In this document: positions 19,628 to 30,800 of the stretch, piece by piece
Layout of the letters: every line of letters starts with the position of its first letter
How positions within the stretch are numbered: position 1 is the stretch's first letter
IMG/VR virus record: IMGVR_UViG_3300032242_001694
DNA length: 64,000 bases
From: a virus
Direction: 5' to 3' (one strand)
Made by a program: the position numbers and the translations under genes
The notes under the pieces: generated by a model
What the model was told of the DNA's origin: nothing
Seen by the model: only the letters and a program-made list of their open reading frames with translations
The model's database searches: none

Positions 19628-21793
19628 TTAGAAGGTACCGCCATCGAGTGTTCCGTAAGCTGGTAAGTTATTTACGATCTGGAGAACCTGACCGTTTGCT
19701 CCAGCACTCAACTTACTTAGGGCTGACGGATTAACCGATCCAGCATATACCAAGTCGCCCGCTGCGTAGGTTGATAGTCCAGTACCACCGTAGGTAGCGG
19801 CCAGAGCAGTCGTTAGACTGATGCTGTTGGCTACGATTGCAGAAGATACCGTGCTGTTCGCGGTGATGTTAACTGCTGTAGAGTTGGCAACGAATGCACC
19901 AGAGTTTAGGTAAGCATTAAGCGTACCAACTTGGTAGCTGGCATGACCGGTATCTACAATATTACCAGGTTCAGACTTAGTCGCAAACAGCTTGAATACT
20001 GGGCTTGTGGTAGTACTTGCGCTGTGGTCGCGATAGAAACCTGAGTACCAAGTATTGGCAGTATTACCATAAGTGCCATAGATCGAGAAGTCTAGAGTAT
20101 CTGTAAAGGTAGCCGAGTTTGCCTGACCATCTGCTAGCTGGATACTGTTGTCTTTAACCTGAAGGTTAGTAGTATCAATCGAAGTAATAGTACCAGATAC
20201 CGTTAGGTTACCAGTAGCAACGATGTCTCTAACATTCAATACCGAAGAAGTAGCAGAGATATTTGCGCCAGTGATAACAACGTTGCCACCGAGAGTAGTA
20301 GTGCCGTTAACCGATAGCTTATCAGCTGGGGCAGAGTTACCAATACCAAAGTTACCATTCGCTACGAAGTAAGCAGCGGTACCAACCGTGATTACGTTAG
20401 AAGTAGCGGTAAGGTTAGCAACTGATAGACCGGAAGGTGCGCCGCCTGAGATCGCATTGATGTTAAGAGTTCCGGCATTATCTTTAACGGATAGAGATCC
20501 GAGATAGATAGTTGATCCAGCAAGATAGAGCGAGCCGAATCGCTTGTCAGAAGTACCAAGGTCTTGGGAGCCGTTTGCACCTGGAATAATAGTACCGGTA
20601 GCACCATCAAATTTCCATGAGTACGCATCGCCAGCAGTACCGGAATTCAAGTAAATTCCATTGCTTCCACCGTGTAGACCTAGCTGACTGCTATCGCTAA
20701 AATTAATGTAGTTGAGATCAGAAGGGCCACCCGAAAGAGTAGAAGTGCGAAGCTTCAAGCTAGCAAGGTTAGCGTTGGCAGTTGTTAAGCCACCTGAGAA
20801 TACAACGTTAGCGCCTGAGAACTCGTTGTTGCCGGTGTATGTAGCATTGCGAGTTAAGGTGTCTGCCATCGCATTAGCGTAGGCATTAGCAGCTTTGTTG
20901 TTTGTGTAAGTTACGCCATTCGAGTAAGCATTACCAGCTTTTACGTCTGCATATGAGACAGCGTTGGAATAAGCCTGACCAGCTTTTGAGGTAGCATCAG
21001 CCGATGCAGTTGATACAGCGTTGGTGTAGGCATATCCAGCTACCGTGTCTGCATAAGAAGTAGCGTTAGAGTACGCAGTAGCGGCTTTTGTATCAGCATA
21101 CGAAGTAGCGTTTGAGTAAGCTGTACCAGCAGCAGTGTCAGCGTATGTCTTAGTAGCGTAGCTAGAAGCAGCAACACCACCGAGATTGGTAGCATTATTA
21201 GCAGTATAAGCTGTACCGGTAAAGTAGGCAGTGGTGGAATTAGCAGAAATAGCGCCATTGATGCTTGAGTTGCCAACTGCGATAGTGGTAGAGTTAGCTA
21301 CTAAACCGCCTGTAACGCTTCCATACACGCCAGCAGTGTAAGAAGTTGCATTAACTGTATTGGCAAGAATAGGACCATTGAAAGTGATGGTGTTAGAGAA
21401 CGACTGAGTATTGGTCCAGGCATACTGGGCATCGGTGTTAGTACCAACCGCGCCGCCATCGAGCCAGTAGAGACCACCGGTCGAGTTAGAAGCAAGAATC
21501 TGGCCAGTAGTTCCCTGTGCACCGTTTGCAGTAACTCTAGTGATTACCGCATTGGCAACGATAACTTTATCGATACCACTGGTGCTGTTAGCAACGAGTA
21601 CCGAATTGGCAGTTAGTACGCCATAGTTGAGTTTGGTACCAATCGGAATATTGCCAGATGTACCATCTGGTGCACCGATAAAGAATGTATTCGAAGCTTG
21701 GGTAAAGGCTAATTCACCATTCGCTAGCGTAGGGACGCTAGCGTTACTAACCGAACGCTTAATTTGGATTAGATTGTTTGCACCAGATGCCAT
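19628..21793 (-). CDS. Tail fibre-like protein
   Basis: IQIKRS...LANGELAF N-terminus; AYSNATSYAD coiled-coil repeats; LDGGTF end. Confidence 0.75.
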   Translation of the reverse strand: MASGANNLIQIKRSVSNASVPTLANGELAFTQASNTFFIGAPDGTSGNIPIGTKLNYGVLTANSVLVANSTSGIDKVIVANAVITRVTANGAQGTTGQILASNSTGGLYWLDGGAVGTNTDAQYAWTNTQSFSNTITFNGPILANTVNATSYTAGVYGSVTGGLVANSTTIAVGNSSINGAISANSTTAYFTGTAYTANNATNLGGVAASSYATKTYADTAAGTAYSNATSYADTKAATAYSNATSYADTVAGYAYTNAVSTASADATSKAGQAYSNAVSYADVKAGNAYSNGVTYTNNKAANAYANAMADTLTRNATYTGNNEFSGANVVFSGGLTTANANLASLKLRTSTLSGGPSDLNYINFSDSSQLGLHGGSNGIYLNSGTAGDAYSWKFDGATGTIIPGANGSQDLGTSDKRFGSLYLAGSTIYLGSLSVKDNAGTLNINAISGGAPSGLSVANLTATSNVITVGTAAYFVANGNFGIGNSAPADKLSVNGTTTLGGNVVITGANISATSSVLNVRDIVATGNLTVSGTITSIDTTNLQVKDNSIQLADGQANSATFTDTLDFSIYGTYGNTANTWYSGFYRDHSASTTTSPVFKLFATKSEPGNIVDTGHASYQVGTLNAYLNSGAFVANSTAVNITANSTVSSAIVANSISLTTALAATYGGTGLSTYAAGDLVYAGSVNPSALSKLSAGANGQVLQIVNNLPAYGTLDGGTF

Positions 21794-21841
21794 TTAATGT
21801 CTCCTTGACTTTTCATTTCCCATGTAGGGGAGCTTTTGGTT

Positions 21842-21849
21842 TATTTATA
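21842..21849 (-). promoter_or_regulatory. T4 late promoter TATAAATA
   Basis: Exact consensus in intergenic gap. Confidence 0.75.
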
Positions 21850-21852
21850 TAT

Positions 21853-22173
21853 TTAGAATGTTCCCCCATCTAGGGAATTTACTGAGATCGTTAGTGGTTC
21901 CACTACGTATTTTCCAGTGTCGGCATGATATACTAGAGTCGATCCGTCTTGAGGATAGTCATCCACCACGTCAAGTAAGTTCTTGAGATAGCCTTGATTT
22001 AGCGAGCCGGCATTATTCTTAATACTTATAGGAGCGTTTGACTGAGTAGTAGTTAGCGCTACCGTGTTAGAAGAGATTCCCCTAGGACTTTGGATCGTGG
22101 CCTGTAATGCAGTCGCCGATGGTATACTAGCAACTACATTATTGTACTTTTTAAGATTAGCATTGATGGTCAT
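21853..22173 (-). CDS. Small structural protein (LDGGTF C-terminus)
   Basis: LLDVV...DGSTLVY...LDGGTF. Confidence 0.6.
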   Translation of the reverse strand: MTINANLKKYNNVVASIPSATALQATIQSPRGISSNTVALTTTQSNAPISIKNNAGSLNQGYLKNLLDVVDDYPQDGSTLVYHADTGKYVVEPLTISVNSLDGGTF

Positions 22174-22493
22174 CTCGATACTCTTGGATTAACCGTTACT
22201 ATTCCTTCTACCACTCTAGTGATTGTGTTGGCTGTATCTTTAAGAAGAACGTCGTAGACGTACCTATCGTAGGTCAAGTTAGCCGTTTGGTTAGAGCTCA
22301 GAGCTAGAGCGATTGAGCCATTCGAGACCGTTACCGTGAAGTCTGTGGCAGTGTTCGAGGTGTACCACCTGCGAATCTGTGAGTTGGCCGTGTAGCCGGT
22401 AAGGTCCAGCGCATTCCCGGCATCATCAGTTAGAGCCACAGATGTATGAAATGTGGTTCCCTGATCGATCGTTATGTTTGCTTTGGTTGCCAT
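22170..22493 (-). CDS. Small virion structural protein
   Basis: ANITIDQGTTF...RYVYDV...RVVEGIVTVNP, recurrent in T4-like baseplate/fibre regions. Confidence 0.65.
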   Translation of the reverse strand: MATKANITIDQGTTFHTSVALTDDAGNALDLTGYTANSQIRRWYTSNTATDFTVTVSNGSIALALSSNQTANLTYDRYVYDVLLKDTANTITRVVEGIVTVNPRVSR

Positions 22494-22515
22494 GCCGAGC
22501 TCCTAGTATTTCTCA

Positions 22516-22523
22516 TATTTATA
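22516..22523 (-). promoter_or_regulatory. T4 late promoter TATAAATA
   Basis: Exact consensus overlapping the stop of the upstream gene. Confidence 0.7.
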
Positions 22524-25032
22524 CAGATACGGCTGTTCTAACAAAGTTAACAATAACGGATGCATCGGCCGGAGTAGCGTATAGCTGAATATTGGTCGTA
22601 GCTTTTGTTACACTTAAGCTAATAATTGGCGTAGCAGACGTGTTGATAACTGCATACTCGGTCGCAAAAGCTGTGGTTCCGTCGTGCATTACAAGCACTT
22701 TAGAAGACTGCCAAGACGTTGAGTTGGAAGCTTGGATAATGTACTCAGCAGTTCTATAAGAACCGGCTGGGAAAGTATCAATCATCGAGTTTGAAGTACT
22801 TGAGAATCCGTATGAGTTGGAGAATACGTAAGCTAAGTTATTAAGATTGATGTTATTCGCTGCTATGTTACCAGCAGAAGTCGTGCCGGTAATTGTAACA
22901 GTATTAGAGAAAGTAGCTGCGCCAGTCACCGCGATGGTATTAGACAGAGTGGCCGAGCCAGTTACTGCAATTGTATTCGAAAGAGTCGCGGCTCCGGTAA
23001 CGCCAAGAGTAGTTCCGACATTGGCAGATGACTGGAGATTTGCAGAACCAACCACATTTAATGTATTCGAAAGAGTCGCGGCTCCGGTAACTGCAATGGT
23101 GTTTGACAAGGTAGCGGCTCTAGTCACCGCGACTGTGTTAGAGAAAGTAGCTGCTCCGGTTACCGAGATCGTATTTGAAAGGGTAGCAGCTCCAGTTACC
23201 GCAATTGTATTAGAGAAAGTAGCGGCACCAGCGTGACTTGAAGTATTGCTTAGAGTAGCTGTGCCTGTTACTGTTAAGTTTGATGACAGAGAAGCTACGC
23301 CAGTTACTGTTAAGTTTGACGATAGAGTAGTATCACCTGTAACTGCTAAAGTGTTGCCTAGAGTAGCTGCCCCTGTAACATTGATAGTGCTGTTTGAGTC
23401 TATGGATGTGGCAAATAGACCCCATCTCTTATAAACACCAGCTGAAGTTCCAAGATAGTACGAGCTATCAACCGGTACTATGTTACCTGTACTCGTTCCA
23501 GTATAGTTAACGTTTCCTGATACATAAAATTCGCCGTTAACGATTAGATTATTAGCTACGGTAAGGTAGCCGTTAACGCTCAAGTTTGAACTTACAGAAG
23601 CAGAGCCGATGCTCACGCTTCCCAACAGTGAGCTGTTGCCTGTAACATTCAGTGTATTGCTTAGAGTAGCTGAGCCGGTAACAGCGATTGTGTTGCTTAG
23701 AGTTGCAGCTCCAGTTACCGAGATGGTATTCGACATCGTGACACCGCCGGTAATGGCAGCGTTACCCAAGATATTAGCCGTGCCTGTAACTGCCAAATTG
23801 TTGCCTAGAGTCACAGCTCCAGTTACAGAGATAGTATTTGAGAACGTACCATTCCCAGTAACGATTAAATTTGCCGACAGCGTAGTTAATCCGGTAACCG
23901 TTAGCACGCTACTCTGAGTGTTTCCCAGAGTCGATAGACCGGTAACATTGAGGGTATTGCTTAGTGTAGTTGCACCGACTACTCCTAGAGTATTGGCAAC
24001 GTTGGCAGTAAACTGAAGATTTGCTGCTCCAACCAAGTTCAAGGTATTAGATAGAGTAGCGGATCCAGTGACCGCGATTGTGTTGCTTAGCGTGGCAGCT
24101 CCAACAACTCCGAGTGTAGACCCAACGTTAGCAGATGACTGGAGATTTGCCGCTCCAACTAAGTTCAGGGTATTTGACAAAGTAGCCGCGCCAGTCACGG
24201 AGATCGTATTGCTTAGAGTGGTGTTGCCAGTCACTGCAATGGTATTAGATAAGACTAAGTTGCCGGTAATGATGGCTGAGTTATTAAGAGTAGCGTTGCC
24301 GACTTGAATAAGTGTACCGCCGTGAAAGACGTTTCCAGAGATATTAGCAGTGCCGGTTACCTGCAGCTTAGCATTTGGATTGGTGTTCCCGATACCTACG
24401 TTGGCACCAGAAGTAATACGCATCACTTCGTTAGTAGATAGGGTACCATTTGCGAAGAAGTTAATGTACTTCTGACCGGCAGTACCGATAGCTAGGTTGG
24501 TGTTACCAGTGTATAGATAACCGTCAGATCCGCCGCCAATTGTCCAGTTAGAGTTTGAATAGTTAGAGCCTGAAATACCAAGGTCGATAAAGTTACCAGA
24601 GACTATGCCACCATTGTCGTATAAAGCGATGTCTACAGATGTGTTTGTGCCGTTATTAGCATTGGTAAGAACCAACTCAACGTAGTTATTCTGGTTACCA
24701 TAGCCTTCAAACAGAGATGAGTTTGTAGTTAGGTATCCCATGATAACGTTCATGGAAGTGTTGCCAACGCTTAAGAGCGCATTTACTTGAGTATTGGTAG
24801 TGATGGTAAGAAGAGCGTTAGAAGTTAAGTTACCGCCTGAGATGGTAGTAGCAAACAGAGAGTTTGTGCCAAACATGCCGTTGACGAACCCATTGCCGGT
24901 ACTTACAGAACCTCCAAGAGTGCTGTCTACCGTGACGATATTTGAAGATAAAGCCGTAACTAGGTCATTGGTTCTGGAAAGCCAAGTACCAAAAGTCTGA
25001 GTATTCGTTACGGAAGTTAAATTAATCGTCAT
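22519..25032 (-). CDS. Repeat-rich fibre protein
   Basis: TFGTWLSRTN N-terminus; many 12-aa TIAVTGAATLSN repeats; YRTAEYIIQ...HDGT...EYA C-terminal domain. Confidence 0.75.
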   Translation of the reverse strand: MTINLTSVTNTQTFGTWLSRTNDLVTALSSNIVTVDSTLGGSVSTGNGFVNGMFGTNSLFATTISGGNLTSNALLTITTNTQVNALLSVGNTSMNVIMGYLTTNSSLFEGYGNQNNYVELVLTNANNGTNTSVDIALYDNGGIVSGNFIDLGISGSNYSNSNWTIGGGSDGYLYTGNTNLAIGTAGQKYINFFANGTLSTNEVMRITSGANVGIGNTNPNAKLQVTGTANISGNVFHGGTLIQVGNATLNNSAIITGNLVLSNTIAVTGNTTLSNTISVTGAATLSNTLNLVGAANLQSSANVGSTLGVVGAATLSNTIAVTGSATLSNTLNLVGAANLQFTANVANTLGVVGATTLSNTLNVTGLSTLGNTQSSVLTVTGLTTLSANLIVTGNGTFSNTISVTGAVTLGNNLAVTGTANILGNAAITGGVTMSNTISVTGAATLSNTIAVTGSATLSNTLNVTGNSSLLGSVSIGSASVSSNLSVNGYLTVANNLIVNGEFYVSGNVNYTGTSTGNIVPVDSSYYLGTSAGVYKRWGLFATSIDSNSTINVTGAATLGNTLAVTGDTTLSSNLTVTGVASLSSNLTVTGTATLSNTSSHAGAATFSNTIAVTGAATLSNTISVTGAATFSNTVAVTRAATLSNTIAVTGAATLSNTLNVVGSANLQSSANVGTTLGVTGAATLSNTIAVTGSATLSNTIAVTGAATFSNTVTITGTTSAGNIAANNINLNNLAYVFSNSYGFSSTSNSMIDTFPAGSYRTAEYIIQASNSTSWQSSKVLVMHDGTTAFATEYAVINTSATPIISLSVTKATTNIQLYATPADASVIVNFVRTAVSV
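22880..24260 (-). repeat. 36-bp/12-aa tandem repeats (TIAVTGAATLSN) in two blocks
   Basis: Dozens of degenerate copies visible in protein and DNA; boundaries approximate. Confidence 0.85.
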
Positions 25033-25247
25033 TTAATGGTTCTTTCTAAAAGTATCTTTAGCATGTCTTTAACTTCACTTACTTCAGATTTTAGATCGTC
25101 ATAGTCATTCGCTATGCTGGCAAGTTTAAGTCTGAGAGCTCTTTCTTCTTTATATTTATTCAAGCCTTCTAGATCTCTACTTACGATTGCCTTACTATTA
25201 GCGTCTCTGAGTAGATCTTTATGATCATAAACACCTTGATACTTCAT
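25029..25247 (-). CDS. Small coiled-coil protein
   Basis: LLRDANSKAIV...LKSEVSEVKDMLKILL, the usual neighbour of DUF4815-type genes. Confidence 0.7.
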   Translation of the reverse strand: MKYQGVYDHKDLLRDANSKAIVSRDLEGLNKYKEERALRLKLASIANDYDDLKSEVSEVKDMLKILLERTIK

Positions 25248-25248
25248 G

Positions 25249-27768
25249 TTATACCTGCAGAGCTAGAGCTCTCATATCTTCTGCTCTAGGAATAAGGGCA
25301 GGAGAGTCAGCTGTTGGAACAATCTTAATAGCAAAGTTCTTAAATGAATCATACACTACGTCGCCGGAAGAGACGTATCTTGCAATTCCATAGTTGTTTG
25401 AGAACTTAAACGCAGCGTCGGCATGCTCGAGACCTGGAATGATTCCTAGATCTGCGTTTGTAGAAGTAAATGACGGCGCAGATGTGAGAACGATATTGGT
25501 GATATTGCTGGTTGAAGTTAAGTTTCCAGTATAGCTAACTTGGCGAACGATGAATGTATTTGAAGAAGTATCGTAGAGATACACAAAGTCGTTGTTAGAA
25601 ATCCCTGCTGTAGAGCTGACTGTCACGTTTGGAGAAGTAGTGTTGCATGATAGCCCGCTTGCAAGCAGAAGGTTACTTGCTGGTAAGTCATAGACTAGCT
25701 CAACGAAGTCATTCTTATTGACTCCACTTGATAAGAGTGCTGCAGGTGAAGTCTCTTGCAAGCGGCTCCAAATCTTAGCAGTTGGAAGTTCTGGATCATA
25801 GATGTTGATAACTTTACCATAGACTTCAAAGTTTGTCTTGGCTGGTCTATAAGCTGTGAGATAAACTTTAAGATCTTCGGCGTCTTGGCCATCGGCTAGA
25901 ACTGCGTTCTTTGAGATGTATCTAGAAGACATCGGGAAGACGTTGGTGTTATATCTCTCGCCCACCTCAACAGTAGAAGATACGTATGCGTTGATGCTGG
26001 TATTGTCGGTTGCAACAATATTATAACCAGAAACAAATGTTCCGGTTGTATTTGTTACATACATTGATCCTTCTTGCGAATAGAGCAAAACACCGGTAGC
26101 AATATTTGCAGAGCCATTTGATTGATAAAGAGTGTTAACTGTTCTCCATGCGCCTTGGCTATTAGAAGTATAGATCTTAAAACCAGAAGTATTAGAAACA
26201 GTCTGGTTTTTAGTCATAGTAGCATAGTTCATAATTGGATCAATATATGGAGAGATCTTTGAATTGTTTGTATTAAAAGTAGCTTTAATTCTAAATGAGT
26301 TATTACTAGAATCCATGAACTTTTCACTGCTTCTTGATTTTAGCATATAAGTTGCATCGGTAAGCTCAGTGTCTTTATTATTATAGACTTTAATATAATC
26401 GCTATATGCATTATTAGCATAGTACTTGCCTTGAAACTCATAACTTATATTTGTACTTTTTGTAGAAGAGTCTGAGAAATTTGGAATAACTGCATTATAA
26501 GGTCTATTAGACGTACCTTTACTTACAGCAGAAGACTTAGTAAATAGACCAATGAAGTATTGATCATAAGAGTGCAAGAAATTAGAAGTAATATTGGTAT
26601 TTGGTTTAAGTAAGAAAGCAGTAGTTGTAGTAAAATCTTGGCGAGGTCCCGGATCGCTTGACTGCGGGCCGCTATACAAGCCATACATGTTATACTTGTC
26701 TCCTCTTACTTGACCAAAGAGACATGAGGTATCGCTAAATGAGTTATTGGTATTTAAAGCAAGTGCAGTTGAGTTAACAACAGAAGTCACATACACAACA
26801 TCCATAGCCGATCTGTTGCTTGTTCCAACATACAAAGCCATATTAGCATAATAGATATTAGCCGTACTGTTTCCAGTAAATGGAACTCTTATAATTGAGT
26901 TAGAGTAAGAGACCACAGAATTATTCACTGCTGAGATGTTAGCAGATGCGCTAGATGTAACACCAATTACTCGATAACCACTATCTGAAGTAGTAAAAGA
27001 ACCTGTGGTATTCTGAATGTACATAGTGCTTGTGTTAGCAACATAGACTACACCGGTTGCAACGTTGGCAGTACCATTAGATTGATATACGGACTCTCCT
27101 GCGGTAAAAGTACCCGTATTAGCGTTTACGGTCATTGCCGTATGTTTGAACGCTGCGTTTGACAAGAAGATAGGTTCGTTAGGCTGGAAAGATCCTGCTA
27201 GAGAAGAAAAGATGATGTTCTCTTCTTCGGTCATTACGTATGTAGCGATTCCAGGAGAAGTGCTAAATTCAGCTCTGTAGATAGTGAACTTAATATCTTC
27301 AGTTTGAATAGAAGTAAACTGAACATCATTGGATGACAGGAATAAAGTACCGGTGTCATTATTCTTATCGATTGGAGTTTTATTTGTAACGTCTGTCCCG
27401 TTGATCTCAGCTGTCCAAACTGTGTATTCTGGATTACCTCCAAGCGGAGTAAGAACAAATGCGTATGGAGTCATAGACTGTACGACTACTGGTTGTTCGA
27501 GCTCGAACGTAACCGGGATTGTGGCATCTGCAGATGCTCTAATGATTGGGGTGCCGTTAGCATATGTGTCAACTACGTGAAGAGTAGATGTTCCACCGGG
27601 AAGAGTATATGGTGTTGGATTACCATTATCGGTGGTTCTAATCTGGAGAGTAATACCTGCAGTGGCGCTTACCGACTGGAAATACACGTCAATTTTAGTA
27701 ATGACTACTCCTTCAACGCCACCTTGAGCTTCGTTGATGTAGAATGTCTGTGCAATAGGTTTACTCAT
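25249..27768 (-). CDS. DUF4815/VrlC-like virion protein, C-terminal part
   Basis: Starts PIAQTF; GVVITKIDVYF, EDIKFTIYRAEF, RYISK, FAIKIV, DMRALAL. Confidence 0.75.
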   Translation of the reverse strand: MSKPIAQTFYINEAQGGVEGVVITKIDVYFQSVSATAGITLQIRTTDNGNPTPYTLPGGTSTLHVVDTYANGTPIIRASADATIPVTFELEQPVVVQSMTPYAFVLTPLGGNPEYTVWTAEINGTDVTNKTPIDKNNDTGTLFLSSNDVQFTSIQTEDIKFTIYRAEFSTSPGIATYVMTEEENIIFSSLAGSFQPNEPIFLSNAAFKHTAMTVNANTGTFTAGESVYQSNGTANVATGVVYVANTSTMYIQNTTGSFTTSDSGYRVIGVTSSASANISAVNNSVVSYSNSIIRVPFTGNSTANIYYANMALYVGTSNRSAMDVVYVTSVVNSTALALNTNNSFSDTSCLFGQVRGDKYNMYGLYSGPQSSDPGPRQDFTTTTAFLLKPNTNITSNFLHSYDQYFIGLFTKSSAVSKGTSNRPYNAVIPNFSDSSTKSTNISYEFQGKYYANNAYSDYIKVYNNKDTELTDATYMLKSRSSEKFMDSSNNSFRIKATFNTNNSKISPYIDPIMNYATMTKNQTVSNTSGFKIYTSNSQGAWRTVNTLYQSNGSANIATGVLLYSQEGSMYVTNTTGTFVSGYNIVATDNTSINAYVSSTVEVGERYNTNVFPMSSRYISKNAVLADGQDAEDLKVYLTAYRPAKTNFEVYGKVINIYDPELPTAKIWSRLQETSPAALLSSGVNKNDFVELVYDLPASNLLLASGLSCNTTSPNVTVSSTAGISNNDFVYLYDTSSNTFIVRQVSYTGNLTSTSNITNIVLTSAPSFTSTNADLGIIPGLEHADAAFKFSNNYGIARYVSSGDVVYDSFKNFAIKIVPTADSPALIPRAEDMRALALQV

Positions 27769-27804
27769 TTGTTCCTCGTGTCTTTATTTCACTGTTCATA
27801 ATAA

Positions 27805-30800
27805 TTAGTCGCCACCACCACCGCCGCCGCCATCACCGCCACCGCCGCCATCACCGCCGCCGCCACTACCGCTGCCGCCTCCGTCTCCACAGCCGCCGCC
27901 GCCGCAGTTATGAACAACAAATCCATCTACTATGTATGTAGAATCTCCGTCAAGATGTAGATCATAGACTTCAAATTCTGGATCAAAGTCATGCTCTTCA
28001 ATCTCAAGATCTGCATAGACAATTTCACAGCCTTTAACCGTGTAGTTGATTAAGATGTCATCTTTATCAAGAGGGTGGTGTCTATTCTCACCCTCTAAGA
28101 ATACAGCGTTTTCTCTATTGTTATCAATGAGGCGATCTGGTCTCCAAGTCTTCCAGCCATTGTTGGTCAAGAACAAGTGATCGTCCGTTGCAAAGAAATC
28201 ATATCCTTTGATCTTGATCATCTTTCTATCTTGAACTGTAGTCTTCTTAGTTCCAACTACAGTATTTGGACCTTCTTTACCATGAACTTTATCGCCAATA
28301 ATAATGTCAGCGATTCTTTTGTAAGCGCCATCAGCCATAAGAACTTTAGCGTTTGGATCAAAGCAGCAACCGGTGCCGCCATCCCAACCACCGCCAGGAC
28401 CTGGTTCAGGAGCTGGTGCAGGAATATATTCTATTGAAGTAGATACAGTGTTACTTACTGTAATCGTGTTAGCATACTGAGTTACTTCTTTAACTGAGAG
28501 AGTAGCTTCTCTAGCTGCAAGAATAGTCTGTCCTTTGAATACTGAAAGATTAGTCGCATAGAACGTTCCCTTAGCTTGAGTGGTAATTGCATCTTTACCG
28601 GTTACCATGTTAGGAACATCAACAATCGTCATCTCAAGAGTGGTAGCTTTGAACTTGTTAGGTGGAATCTGGAACACGCCATACACAGATCCGAATCTAT
28701 TTGTATAGATAGGATCGGCAAAATTACCAATCTTAGTATAACCAGCTGCAATCTTAGCAGTTGTTGGGACACCGCAACCTGAGCCAATTGGCTTGCCATC
28801 TGTGTCGAGAGCAGATTGAGACGCGGTAGGAGTGTACCAAGGCTTACACCAGTCGGTCACGTGCACGTCGTTCATGAACATATAGACGCGAGTGAATGGC
28901 TTAAGACCATGAGCAGTTATATTAACGGCCTGTGACTTAACATAAGGAAGGATCTGAACATCTGTTACGTTTTCGCCTAAGTTATAGTTTTTAGTGCTTG
29001 TGGTAACGTCCATCTGCATGCCAGATCGAGTAGAAGTTGTACTTGTAGTTGTAGTAGTCTTCTGCTGGTATGTCTTACTTTGATTGCCGTACTTATCAGT
29101 CACGTCAGCTTTAAGTTCTTTCGGCCCTGGCTGGTTTACCGTCTTGCTCGTTGTATTCCAAGCACCCCACTGTGAACCAAACGCAGAAGCACCTAATGCA
29201 ACCCAGTTAGCAGCTAGATCAATAGCTACTGTTACGTCTGGAGACTTCTGCATGTCTGGCATAGTTGCGCCAGGCGGATCAAAAGTTACTTCGCCTCTGT
29301 ATGTGTAGATATTACCTTCGATACAATTTCTATACTTGCTAGCATATGATTGTGTAATGTAAGGAACATCTGTATGGGCTAGCCAAACTGACTTATTTTT
29401 CTTCTGAACAACGTTAGAGCTCTGGTTGATGTCTAGATCTAAAGGTCTCTGGAACCTTAAGAAGTATGGTCTAAGCTCAGTTTTATCTGCATCGATAGAT
29501 GAATTGATATTTGGATCATTCTGGTCTGAGATCATATGATCTGCAAATGAGTCAACCATGATACCATTCTGGAATCTATTCTGACCGGTAGTGCCTGAGC
29601 GAACTAGAGTATCTTTAGTAGCTTTTTCAAGCAGAGACAGAGACGTGTAGTACTCAAGATTATCAATCTTGTTTGATAGGACGTTGATGTCCTTCATGGT
29701 ATAGCGCTTATTCTGAGTAATAGTGGTAGTAACTTGGTAGTCGTACCTGTTGTATGTCTTAGCTTCTGGACTTGAGAGAGTAGGATACGGAGGCACGTCG
29801 ACTACGCCGAGTGTCATAGATCCAGCTTCTTCTGGAGGAAGCGTTGGAGTGAAAGATGGCTCTCCTTCTAGAATAGCAAAAGAACCGTCTATTCTAATGA
29901 TCGCGCGATCTTTTCTACCTTTATATACGGCGAGAGTTGTCTCAAAGTTTTCATCCGGTGTTGGGACGTATGCCGACAGGCCGGTGATCTTAAGATTCAA
30001 CGCGTTGGAAGGATTGGTTGTCGAGCTTCCAAGAGTAGTGGTAACTACCGCAGTATTTGTAGCGAATGGTCTAAAGTCAATACTGTCTCTTAGATCAAAG
30101 ATAGATCCATCTTGCGCAGTGAACTGTGGGATTTCTTGAATTGTAATCGTAGTGCTGTTTGCAGAAGATGCCAGAGGATATGAGTTAGCTGTGAAGTAAC
30201 CTTTACCTGAAGTGTATGTGTAAGAGAAGACATCAAAATCAACAACAATTCTAGAGTCGGTTGTTAAGATATTTCCCTTTGGTGTAATAGAAGCTAAATC
30301 ATAGTGGCTGTCTCTTTGGCCATTATCAAAAAAGAACGACGACTTATAGTCAGTGCCTGAGTTAGCCGGTGTCGCAGAGTTGATATAGATCGCATTAATC
30401 TTGGCGACGTCTGGAAGACCAAGTGAGTATGGACCAACCGTATTAGCTGAATGACTTGCGCAGTTGATAGTTACCATAGCATGCTTGGTGATCTGCTTAG
30501 AGATTGGAACAGTTCCAGATCTCAAGATGTCGTAGTAAGCTACTGCGTTAAATGCCGAGTCTACTAACTCACCAAGACTAAAAGTTAGAGAAGTTGAGCC
30601 TGCGTTAACAAAACGATTGATGCTGCCAGAGTTCTTGCTAAAGTCGATTGGAACACCAGCTGGGAAAGCTTTCTTAGCGGTATTAGCTCCGGTAGCGCTA
30701 AATGTATTAGCATAAGGAGTAGTAACCGTCAACAGAGTATTGCTTGAGATCACATTAATGCATCTTGTCACGGAGTTAATAGTGATATAGTCTCCAGGCA

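Noticed and set aside
27907-28365. Homing endonuclease within the intein
   Set aside because: Only 153 aa, with no LAGLIDADG or HNH motif
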